A stretch of DNA of 32,000 nt from Pyrodictium abyssi (GTDB taxonomy: Archaea; Thermoproteota; Thermoprotei_A; Sulfolobales; Pyrodictiaceae). The position numbers were made by a program, and so were the translations under genes. Within the stretch, counting starts at the first letter, position 1. Each line of letters opens with the position of its first letter. The notes under the pieces are model-generated. The model searched no databases. It saw only the letters and a list, made by a program, of their open reading frames with translations, and was not told the origin of the DNA. Positions 1 to 8,006 of this stretch are shown in pieces. The stretch is taken from NCBI RefSeq assembly GCF_036323395.1, contig NZ_AP028907.1, positions 1,350,001-1,382,000 of the forward strand. Reading direction: 5' to 3'.

Positions 1-357
1 GCCTTCACAATACGCCGCGGAGACCCCAAGGACGTGCTAAGAGAGGCCAAGATGGTGCTGACAGAGAGGGGCCTCCCGGCCAAGCTGAGCCACAGCGGCT
101 ACGCGCTCCACGTACGCCCCCCGGAGGCAAGCAAGGGGCTCGGGCTCAGCATAGCTCTACGCCTAGCAGGGCTAGACCCAGGCTGCGTCATAGCGGTAGG
201 CGACTCAGCAGTAGACTTGGAAATGCGCGACGCAGGCGTACTCCTGGCAGCCGTCGGCAACGCCGACCAGCAGCTGCTAGAGGGGGCCGATATAGTGCTG
301 CCCGGTGAGAGCGGCAAGAGCATAGCAGTGCTCGCCAAGGCGATACTGGGGAGGTAG
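1..357 (+). CDS. Phosphoglycolate phosphatase-like HAD hydrolase, C-terminal part (gene starts before the window)
   Basis: Open from base 1 in the frame of the 34..357 ORF; HAD motif region 'KGLGLSIALRLAGLDPGCVIAVGDSAVDLEMRDAG...AVGNADQQLLEGADIV' typical of the archaeal PGP/Cof-like type. Confidence 0.85.
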   Translation, partial: AFTIRRGDPKDVLREAKMVLTERGLPAKLSHSGYALHVRPPEASKGLGLSIALRLAGLDPGCVIAVGDSAVDLEMRDAGVLLAAVGNADQQLLEGADIVLPGESGKSIAVLAKAILGR

Positions 358-470
358 CGCTCCCCGGGGGCGCGGGCATAGACGCGTGACCTACCTGTAG
401 CCACCGTGTAGAGCCCATGCGCGTGGATATGGGCGCCTACAGCCCCTACGCCCGTGTATAGGGGCCGGGG

Positions 471-773
471 CTAGCCCTCGCCGCACAGCTCCCTGGCCAG
501 CTCCACCCCCTTCTTGGTGAGCCCGTAGCTCCTCCTGCCCGGCCCATGTGTCTTCTCCCAGGCGAGGCCCAGGGCCACGAGCCTCTTTAGGGCCTTGGCT
601 GCTATGCCGCGGGCCTCCCGGGGGAGGCGGGCCACAGCCTCGGGCGGAACATGGCACCTTGTCGATAGACCGCATATCCGGTAGAGGGCGCACAGTGCTA
701 TGCGTAGCTGCTCCCTCCGGGGCCTGGCTACGAGGGGAGACGCGTAGCCAGGAAGACACCCGGAGGCTCCCAC
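471..773 (-). CDS. Small winged-helix-like DNA-binding protein (true start may be further downstream)
   Basis: 'REQLRIALCALYRICGL...AAKALKRLVALGLAWEKTHGPGRRSYGLTKKGVELARELCGEG' looks like a MarR/ArsR-type wHTH with a 'YxLTxKG' wing. Confidence 0.5.
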   Translation of the reverse strand: MGASGCLPGYASPLVARPRREQLRIALCALYRICGLSTRCHVPPEAVARLPREARGIAAKALKRLVALGLAWEKTHGPGRRSYGLTKKGVELARELCGEG

Positions 774-780
774 GGCGCGC

Positions 781-1030
781 CTAGCCCGTGTCCCCGCACA
801 CGTCGTCGAACAGCTCGCCGAGCCTCCTAGCCATATTTGAGATGTCCAGCAGCCCGCGCTCGGTCACGTGGTAGCGGCGTGCTAGAACCTCGGGCGGCGC
901 GCCGCACACCACGTCTCAGAGGATGCTGCAGAACTGCCTATCCTTGGCCACGATGCTCCGGATCGCATACACCTCATGGCCCTTCCGCGTCAAGATATGC
1001 GTAAACGATGTCAGCGAGGACGGATTCTGG
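781..1030 (-). pseudogene. Degenerate paralog of the C-terminal domain of the 8007..9257 membrane wHTH regulator
   Basis: Minus-strand reading 'SSLTSFTHILTRKGHEVYAIRSIVAKDRQFCSIL*DVVCGAPPEVLARRYHVTERGLLDISNMARRLGELFDDVCGDTG*' aligns with 'YLVYFARGRELDAIRSLAARDEQFCGILQGLAEGVPLEVLSRRYRVSVKGLQDLSELVKRLDGKLTDVCREA*'; in-frame TGA, and the frame is lost upstream. Confidence 0.8.
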
Positions 1031-1232
1031 TTAGGCTATAGAAACGCGTATATTAGATTAGCACATGTAGTCTACGGCCCGAATGCAGGGAGTTATAGTG
1101 GTAGCCCATACCTGATATATAAATTGCTGGCCACCCTAGCACTATTGGGAACGCCACAGGCCTGCAACCCCTGTAACCGAGTGCTCATGCAGAAGCGCAT
1201 TTAAAAATACCCTAGTGTACGAGGCCGCTTGG

Positions 1233-2108
1233 TCAGCCCCAGAGCTTCCTTATTATATCTTTCACCGCCTCTTCTAGTGCTTTGACGCGGCACTCTAGGT
1301 CCTTCAGCAGATTCTCCATGTCGGCCAGCTTGGACACCATGTTCTTCAGCTCGCCTTGCAGCGCTGAGAGCTTGGCGGCAAGTATGTCTACTCTAGCGGA
1401 TATGTCGTTTATCGTCCTGGATAATAGGTCTACTTTTGCTTCTAGCTGGCTTACCCGTTTCTCAAGCTCGGTGTCCTTTGTTATCCTTTCCAGCTCTATG
1501 TTTATGCTAACAGATGAACCCACGTCCACGTTAGCCTCGGCTACGTAGTAGCCTGCTGCACGCACGAGTATCTTCACAGTCCCCTCTCGCACCGTGAGCG
1601 TCGCTTTGCCGTCCTTCCCGGTCTCCTCCACGTCTAACACATTACCCTTAGAGTCGTAGGCTACTACCACCGCCTTGGGCACCGGTAGCCCCGTGCCCTT
1701 CTCCACCACAGTTACGTAGACTGTTGGCAGCTTCGGTGGCGGCGGGAGCGGCTTGGACTTGAGAGTAAAGGTCGCTGAAGCTGATGCAGCGCCACAGACT
1801 ATTTCGACGCGGTAGTTCCCAGCAACCCATCCACCGGTCGGTATTGATGGTATGGGTATGCTAATCCCCTTAGCCGCGTCGTCGGCTGTTACGAGCATTA
1901 CCTTTACCGGCTCGCCTATCGGCGATAGCACACGTAGCGTAGCGATGTCGCAGGGAAGAGTGCCGTTCACCCTTATCTTCACAGTATCGCCATACTCATA
2001 GACGCTCTTGTCAAGCACTATCGTAAAGCTTGCAGCAATAGCCGCTGCCGAGAAGAGAGCCAGCGCGAGCACGTATAGAGGGAGTGTCCTCGTCCCGATG
2101 TGGCGCAT
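1233..2108 (-). CDS. Secreted protein: signal peptide, beta-sandwich domain(s), carboxypeptidase-regulatory-like domain and C-terminal coiled coil
   Basis: N-term 'LPLYVLALALFSAAAIAAS'; 'VYVTVVEKGTGLPVPKAVVVAYDSKGNVLDVEETGKDGKATLTV'; ~75-residue heptad-rich C-terminus 'LEKRVSQLEAKVDLLSRTINDISARVDILAAKLSALQGELKNMVSKLADMENLLKDLECRVKALEEAV'. Confidence 0.8.
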   Translation of the reverse strand: MRHIGTRTLPLYVLALALFSAAAIAASFTIVLDKSVYEYGDTVKIRVNGTLPCDIATLRVLSPIGEPVKVMLVTADDAAKGISIPIPSIPTGGWVAGNYRVEIVCGAASASATFTLKSKPLPPPPKLPTVYVTVVEKGTGLPVPKAVVVAYDSKGNVLDVEETGKDGKATLTVREGTVKILVRAAGYYVAEANVDVGSSVSINIELERITKDTELEKRVSQLEAKVDLLSRTINDISARVDILAAKLSALQGELKNMVSKLADMENLLKDLECRVKALEEAVKDIIRKLWG

Positions 2109-2306
2109 TCCTCTCCACCAGCTTAGAACAGCATAAGCCTGCGCTTTATTAATAATGCTTATAGACTGGTTTTCAGCGAACCCTGAGTATCATCTTTACG
2201 CGAAAGCAGTGCATGGATGCATTAACAGCAGATAAACAGAGCCCAGGCGAGCAACAACTATACAGCTGTTAGTCCCACGCCACAGTAGTGGCCCGGGGCC
2301 CCAGCC

Positions 2307-3467
2307 CTAGCCGAGGCTAACGAGCAATGGCATCTTGACGCCGTTTACTTCATCCACCACCCTATACCATATAGTGTTGCCGCTCTCCACGAAGTTTTGG
2401 TAAGGGAGATAAGGAGGCTTCTCGTACAGCAGCGTACCGCCGAGCCGTACCACATGCTTGAAGCCTCCCTTGGATCTGTACACAGCTATTCTCACAGTCA
2501 TGTCGTCTAGCAGCGTTACGCGTATCCATTCGTCACCATCCATATCCGCCTTGGTGCAGTCTGTTATTACCTCGGGTGAGTCCTCCCAGGCTATTAGGAA
2601 GTCGCGGCCAGCACCCCCTACCGGCTCCAGTATGAAGCACATAGTCTCGTTATACGGCTGCCCATTTTGTGGGTGCACCTCGTGCTTGAAGCAGAGTGTA
2701 GTGTTCTCCCCCGGCCTAGTGTTCTCGAGCACCACCACGCCGCGGCCGCAGAAGAGGCTGTTGAGGTACGTGCCGTTGGACACGGGGAGTACCCGCCCCT
2801 CTACCGGGGTGCTGCCAGCGGGCTCGTAGCGGTACGTTCCTAGCGCTAAGTCTAGTACGAGTCTTGAGCGGAACACACCGGTACTACCGTCGTAGCCCTC
2901 GAAGATGAACGCTGGTAGTCTGGGTCCACCGCTCACACTCTTTACCTCGAAGTGCACCATTATGGGTAGGTTGTCAAAGAGTACTCCCTCCCGGGCCTCG
3001 TAGTAGGCTTTCCCCGTCAGCTCGGCGTAGGTGGCGTAGAAGTCGCTGTAGTCGAGCGTGATGAGCGCCGCTGGCCTGTCCAGCGTTAGCACGGCCTTCT
3101 CCTGCTCGCCACGGGCTGTGACGCTAGAGAGCACGACTTGTAGGCTCTGGAATGCTTTCTGCAGCTCCTCTACCGGCTCTAGCTCTGCTTTTATGACGGC
3201 TACTCCTACCCCGGGGAGCGGGCGTATCCTCACCCGGCCGAGACTCGCCTCCCCCATAGCGCCCGGAGAGGTGATAACGGTCCCTAGTCCTCCCTCGATC
3301 TCCAGGGGCTCGCTGGTAGCGCTAGCTTCCCCCACCGCTGAGCCTCCACCGCCCCCTGGAGCTAGGGTGGTAGCGTAGGCAAGGAGCAGCCCCGCAACCG
3401 CGAGGACTAGTGGCAGCGCGAATAGGAGTACCCGGCCCCCGGTGTCCATGGCTTCTACCCGGTGCAT
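2307..3467 (-). CDS. Cannula subunit-like (CanA family) domain followed by a ~210-aa unique C-terminal domain
   Basis: 'KAVLTLDRPAALITLDYSDF...KAYYEAREGVLFDNLPIMVHFEVKSVS' parallels 'KAVLSLKKPSAVIVLDEEDF...TAYYEAKEGMLFDSLPVILNFQVLSVS*' of the 11204 ORF; N-terminal hydrophobic segment; the protein continues about 210 aa past the canonical C-terminus. Confidence 0.75.
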   Translation of the reverse strand: MHRVEAMDTGGRVLLFALPLVLAVAGLLLAYATTLAPGGGGGSAVGEASATSEPLEIEGGLGTVITSPGAMGEASLGRVRIRPLPGVGVAVIKAELEPVEELQKAFQSLQVVLSSVTARGEQEKAVLTLDRPAALITLDYSDFYATYAELTGKAYYEAREGVLFDNLPIMVHFEVKSVSGGPRLPAFIFEGYDGSTGVFRSRLVLDLALGTYRYEPAGSTPVEGRVLPVSNGTYLNSLFCGRGVVVLENTRPGENTTLCFKHEVHPQNGQPYNETMCFILEPVGGAGRDFLIAWEDSPEVITDCTKADMDGDEWIRVTLLDDMTVRIAVYRSKGGFKHVVRLGGTLLYEKPPYLPYQNFVESGNTIWYRVVDEVNGVKMPLLVSLG

Positions 3468-3622
3468 CCCCCAGGCTCCTCTCCATATTCCATGAGTGCC
3501 TAGGCATTCTCTTATGCCTTATAGGCCGGTCTGAAGGCCTTGGCTCGGGTTGGGCTCTTTACTCCGGGGACCCGGGTGGATTCCACCGGAGACACAGCTG
3601 GAATGCCATCCTGCAGGCAGGC

Positions 3623-5383
3623 ATGGAGAGGTGGAGGGTGCTGAGGACCCTGCAGCGCTCTGGCCTGCTCGACACCGCGGCTGGGCTCCTGGTGGGGCTC
3701 TATGCTTCTCTGTTGTTCCGCGGCCTCGTAGCCGGGAGCGGGCTGCCTAGCTTCGAGCACGGTGTATTCAGGGATGCCAACATAGCGTTCTACATATCCT
3801 ACGCCACTATGATAGATGCCTGGGGTAGCCTCTGTGTGCCTACGTGGTTCGGCTTCTTCGACACTGTGCGGTTCTACCCACCGTTGGGAAACATGCTCAT
3901 CTATCTCCTAGGCGCCGTGCTGGACGGCGACTACGTGAGGGCCGCTATGCTGGCCTACATGGTTGTCCTCGTGGCGTTTGTCTCCGGGTTCTATACGCTC
4001 ATATACACGTTGACGGGGTCGCGGCTCGCGGGGCTTCTCGCGGCGCTGCTCCTGCCCCTAGTCCATGGCTACGCTTCCACTATTGCGCTGTACTGGGAGT
4101 ACAATAGGCTCCTCGGCGAGGCTTTCATGTTCCACGCGCTGGCGAGGCTCCACGCCTTCATGGAGCGCGGGGATAGGCGGCTGGCGCTCAGCGCAGCAGC
4201 CTACATGGCGCTAGTCCTGCTAAGCAACCTCGTAGCCTTCATAGAGGCGCTAGCGCTCGCACTAGCCACTGTCATGTACTGGGCCCGCCGCCACCTAGCA
4301 GAGGGCGCTGGCCCCGAGGAGCTGCTCTACCTTGCACAGAGGCTGGCCCTGGCATCCCTGTTCTTTCTCGGGCTTACGCTCTGGTGGCTCGCCCCCGCCA
4401 TAGCCCCCTACGGGCTGGGGCACTACCTCCGCATAAAGACGCCGCTAGGGTTCAAGGCTAGGGTCGTGGCCCTCGCGCTCCAGAGCGGGGCTCTACCGCC
4501 GCTCTGGAGCCCGGCGGTCCAGCTCCCGCTCCTCGTGGCAGGCGCCGTGGCTCTGATCATTCATCTGCTTCTCCGGAGCCGTGGCAGCGTGCTAGCCTAC
4601 TACGCTGCCGCACTAGCTGTGCTAATAGCCGTGTATGGACAGGGGCTGAGGCTTCTCCCGAGCCTCGGAGCCGTCCTAGCGGCTGCCGTCGCCTCGCTGC
4701 CACCCGCCGTAGCGGAGCGCGTAGGCGGCCGCTACCGCTGGGTGGCGGCAGCAGCCGCTATGATCCCGGCCATGCTTCTCGCTGGCTTCTACCTCGGCGC
4801 GTACCTGGGCGTCTATAGCACGCTTCTCCGGCCCGACTACAGCTTCATGGGGAGCGACGAGTACCGGGTAGCAGTGTGGCTGAGGGACAACCTGCCGGAG
4901 GGCTGTAAGGCCTACCTCATGCATGGGCCCCGGTTCCGCGGGGGCATGTGGGTCAACGTGTTCGCGCCGCGTGTCGAGCAGGTTCTGGGCGGCTACGTTG
5001 AGGGAGCTCTACCCGGTGTGGGGGACGAATACCTGCGCCTGGACTACATCATAAAGGAGACCGGCGACTGGTATACAGCCTACCAGCTTATGAAGAAGCT
5101 GGGCGTCGTGTACCTTGTCGTTGACAGGGCGTGGATGGAGTCCCACTGGGGCAGCGTCGTCGAAAGGCTAGAGAAGCGCGGGCTGATAGAGCCCGTGGAC
5201 GAGGTCAACAAGCAGCTAGGCTACAGCATGGTCTACCGGGTAGTCAACGCGACGTGCACAGACGGCTCTAGAGCCCCAGGGCTCTTCGAGTGTCTTGCGC
5301 TGCCCTCGAGGATTGTGGGCGCTGGGCTCTCGGCCGCCTCCATGCTTCTGTTTGCCCGCTGGCTGCGGAGGCTAGAGGACTAG
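3623..5383 (+). CDS. Multi-pass membrane protein of GT-C / PTPS-related-like type (ORF open from 3410; ATG at 3623 preferred)
   Basis: Many TM segments, 'PPLGNMLIYLLGAVL', 'LPLVHGYASTIALYWEYNRLLGEAFMFHALARLHAFME', and a soluble tail with 'EYRVAVWLRDNLPEGCKAYLMHG...DYIIKETGDWYTAYQLMKKLGVVYLVVD'. Confidence 0.65.
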   Translation: MERWRVLRTLQRSGLLDTAAGLLVGLYASLLFRGLVAGSGLPSFEHGVFRDANIAFYISYATMIDAWGSLCVPTWFGFFDTVRFYPPLGNMLIYLLGAVLDGDYVRAAMLAYMVVLVAFVSGFYTLIYTLTGSRLAGLLAALLLPLVHGYASTIALYWEYNRLLGEAFMFHALARLHAFMERGDRRLALSAAAYMALVLLSNLVAFIEALALALATVMYWARRHLAEGAGPEELLYLAQRLALASLFFLGLTLWWLAPAIAPYGLGHYLRIKTPLGFKARVVALALQSGALPPLWSPAVQLPLLVAGAVALIIHLLLRSRGSVLAYYAAALAVLIAVYGQGLRLLPSLGAVLAAAVASLPPAVAERVGGRYRWVAAAAAMIPAMLLAGFYLGAYLGVYSTLLRPDYSFMGSDEYRVAVWLRDNLPEGCKAYLMHGPRFRGGMWVNVFAPRVEQVLGGYVEGALPGVGDEYLRLDYIIKETGDWYTAYQLMKKLGVVYLVVDRAWMESHWGSVVERLEKRGLIEPVDEVNKQLGYSMVYRVVNATCTDGSRAPGLFECLALPSRIVGAGLSAASMLLFARWLRRLED

Positions 5384-5458
5384 GCAACGGAGGGGCGGAA
5401 GCCGTAATAAGGCTATAGTAGTAGTGGTGCAGATAATGCTGAAGGGGCGTACCCGGGG

Positions 5459-6601
5459 ATGCGTGTTCCCATACTAGTGCTTCTTCTGCTAGGCCTAGCT
5501 GTACTAGCACTAGCGGTGCACACGGCTAGAGCAGAGGAGGCACCGGATATAGACGCTGTGGGCAGGGTTAGATACGTCATCGACGGGGACACGATGAGAG
5601 TCTATATACTCCGCGTTGACCAGCCGGTGCAAGCGTGCAGTGAAGGAGTCCTAGAGCCCCGGGCCACCATAACGATACGGCTTGCCGACATAGATGCGCC
5701 AGAGCAGAATGAGCAGGACTACGAGAAGGCGCGGGATGCGCTAGAGCGACTGATAGACGGGAAGATAGTACACATAGACGTGGACGACTATAGCTGCATA
5801 GGATACTATGGAAGAGTCGTCGCCGTGGTCTATCTAGAGTATAACGAGACACACATGCTTAACGTGAACGAGTGGCTGCTCGAGGAGGGCTACGCACGGG
5901 AGTACAACTTTACAAACAACGAGTTTGACCCCAGGGACTGGAGCCTCTACGTGCCCATATTCCCCTGGGATGACTACGGCCTGGACTTCGTAAGGCTAGA
6001 GGGCGCCGGAAACGTCACGCTCAGCGGAGACATAGAACTCCAGGTCGCAGTCGTGGACAGCGGCCGCGAGCCCCTCATATGCTTCGGCGGAGGGAGGGGC
6101 TGCGAGAGCATAGACGGCGATCTCGGCGACACGCACAGAGTGAGGATAGTCCTCAACGACACCGACGGAGCCAGGCTACGGCTATACCCCGACGGCTACA
6201 TAGGCTACGTGAAAGATCTAGACATAGAGGAGCTTTACATCGATGACAGGCTTATAGCATCAGACACGAGCATAGAGGGGGTATACGGGCTCCGCATAAC
6301 ATGGGCGGATAACGGTATAAAGCTAGCATTCACGGGAAACATAACCCTACTAGAGCTCAACGGGGACCAGCTGGCCACACCCGGCCAGGAACCCGGGGCA
6401 ATAGTGCTCGAAGACCTAGTACCCCTCAGCCTAGGCCTAAGAGAGACGGCGAGCATCACCGGGTTCGCCAGGATGCTCGCAAACCCGGAGGAGGTACCAG
6501 AAGCGCCGCTTCCAGCGCTCCTAGCTCTACCCGTTGCAGCACTGCTCCTCGTCCTAGCCCTGCACATTTACTCCCAGCTCAAAAGGAGCCACAGCGGCTA
6601 A
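5459..6601 (+). CDS. Secreted, C-terminally membrane-anchored thermonuclease (SNase-like) protein
   Basis: Signal peptide 'VPILVLLLLGLAVLALAVHTARA'; SNase-type 'RYVIDGDTMRVYILRV...ITIRLADIDAPEQNEQDYEKARDALERLIDGKIVHIDVD...YYGRVVAVVYL...NVNEWLLEEGYARE'; C-term 'LPALLALPVAALLLVLALHIYSQLKRSHSG'. Confidence 0.85.
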   Translation: MRVPILVLLLLGLAVLALAVHTARAEEAPDIDAVGRVRYVIDGDTMRVYILRVDQPVQACSEGVLEPRATITIRLADIDAPEQNEQDYEKARDALERLIDGKIVHIDVDDYSCIGYYGRVVAVVYLEYNETHMLNVNEWLLEEGYAREYNFTNNEFDPRDWSLYVPIFPWDDYGLDFVRLEGAGNVTLSGDIELQVAVVDSGREPLICFGGGRGCESIDGDLGDTHRVRIVLNDTDGARLRLYPDGYIGYVKDLDIEELYIDDRLIASDTSIEGVYGLRITWADNGIKLAFTGNITLLELNGDQLATPGQEPGAIVLEDLVPLSLGLRETASITGFARMLANPEEVPEAPLPALLALPVAALLLVLALHIYSQLKRSHSG

Positions 6602-6732
6602 AACGGCATAGAGAGCACCGCTTGCGGCCTCCAGGCCCCTCCAAGCGTTCGTCGTCCTGGGGAAGGGCGAGGCCCTCTAGCTAGAAAGTTCTTTGTGTCT
6701 GGTTGCTTCCTGGTCTATACCCGGGGTGTTGT

Positions 6733-6918
6733 TTGTTAGGCCGCGTCGACTACGCTGTCAAGAGGTGGGGCCGGAGCCTCTACCTGCTACTCCCGAAGCA
6801 CATCGCCGACATGTACGGGATAGGCGTGGGGGACAGGTTCCTAGTGGAGGCCCGGGAGGAGGACGGGGAGGTGCTGATGGTCTTCAGGTTCCCGAGGAAG
6901 AAGGAGGAGAGAGGCTAG
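6733..6918 (+). CDS. AbrB/SpoVT-like swapped-hairpin DNA-binding protein
   Basis: 'VDYAVKRWGRSLYLLLPKHIADMYGIGVGDRFLVEAREEDGEVLMVFRF'; TTG start at 6733 gives a 61-aa protein (ORF open from 6703). Confidence 0.6.
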   Translation: MLGRVDYAVKRWGRSLYLLLPKHIADMYGIGVGDRFLVEAREEDGEVLMVFRFPRKKEERG

Positions 6919-7742
6919 GCGGGCACGGGTACCCTCTTCTCTCGGGCCCTGATTTCCTCAAGGTAGCGGCGCCACCACTCCTCCTCAAGGTCTACCCCTT
7001 GCTCGGCTAGAGCCTCGAGGTAGTCCTCGAGGGCTTTGAAGACTTCGAGGGGGTCAACGCTCTCGGGGCACTGGAAGTGTTCTACGCAGAGCCAGGCCTC
7101 GTAGGGGGTGAGGCCTAGCCTCGGGAGCCCCCAGGGCCCGGTTTAGCCTGGTCATCCCTCCTCTCTCCTCTTCTCTGTCTGCACCTCTTCTCCCTTATAT
7201 AGCCGGGACCGGGCAGAGGGCTAGCACCCAGCACTCTCCTAGGTGGATGTATAGGCTCCACTTCATGCCGCATGCAGGGTATAGGTGCCGGTCGAGGCCT
7301 AGCAGGGTCTTTCTGCCCCAGAGTAGCCGCATCCTAGCCTTCAGCCCTTCTCGTCTCCTTGTCCCTAACGATGCTGACGGCAAGGCCGAGCTTCCAGAGC
7401 CTTAGTGCCCCATCCCGCCCCGGCCTTCGAGGTATAGTCCAGGTATAGGGCTATGCCGCATCGTATATGAGCCAAAGCTATACCAAAGAGGCTACACAGC
7501 GGTCAAGGGCCGCCTCTGTGCAACATAGAGGCATTCACGCAGCTCCAGGTCCCATAGTAAGTTACACAAAACCAGCATCAGCTAGCAACACGCCATGATG
7601 CATGACACGCTCACTCCAGAAAGCCAGACGCCAGACAGAAGGGACAAGCCACACGCACGCCCAGAGCAGGGCTCTCAGGGAAGAGGGAGGCAAGGCATGG
7701 CTAGAGGAGGGGTGAAGAGCTGGCGGCAGGGCCTCACCCCCT

Positions 7743-7762
7743 CACCGGAGGGGGTCTCCGCC
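7743..7762. repeat. Perfect 8-bp inverted repeat with 4-nt loop
   Basis: ACCCCCTC-ACCG-GAGGGGGT read directly. Confidence 0.7.
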
Positions 7763-7830
7763 CCGCCGCCCAAGAGGGCTCGGCGCCCCGGCTGCCGCCC
7801 CGCCCGCATGCTGTAAAGCAGGCTATGGCG

Positions 7831-7862
7831 TAATAAGTATCTTATAGACCGTTGAGCGGTCT
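7831..7862 (+). promoter_or_regulatory. Putative promoter (TATA-like 'taataagtatcttata') with adjoining inverted repeat agaccg-N5-cggtct
   Basis: Inverted repeat 7846-7851 / 7857-7862 immediately follows the AT-rich element; first gene downstream is the 8007 regulator. Confidence 0.5.
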
Positions 7863-7942
7863 CGTTTATCTCCAAGTATCCGTTGAGGCCCGCCAGCGTG
7901 CTTCGGGCTATGCGGATTGGCGCGCGATGCGCGTCTACATGC

Positions 7943-7952
7943 AGACCGGTCT
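7943..7952. promoter_or_regulatory. Palindrome agaccggtct sharing half-sites with the 7846..7862 inverted repeat; possible operator
   Basis: Perfect 10-bp palindrome AGACCGGTCT, ~55 nt upstream of the first CDS of the operon. Confidence 0.4.
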
Positions 7953-8006
7953 ATAGCATTAGTTTAGGAGAGCCATGCATCCGGCGAGCCGGGGGCCCTC
8001 GAAGCA

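Noticed and set aside
99-784. Overlapping ORFs at 99..404, 188..418, 391..759 and 548..784
   Set aside because: Overlap the PGP and wHTH ORFs in other frames, with compositionally biased translations and no recognisable motifs.
923-1204. Plus-strand ORF 93 aa
   Set aside because: Antisense to the regulator relic and lacks any family-like features; the minus-strand homology explains part of the region better.
7195-7875. ORFs 7195..7383(-), 7595..7816(+) and 7675..7875(-)
   Set aside because: No recognisable domain; the last two overlap each other in a GC-rich region with stem-loops. Treated as possible leader/ncRNA rather than coding.
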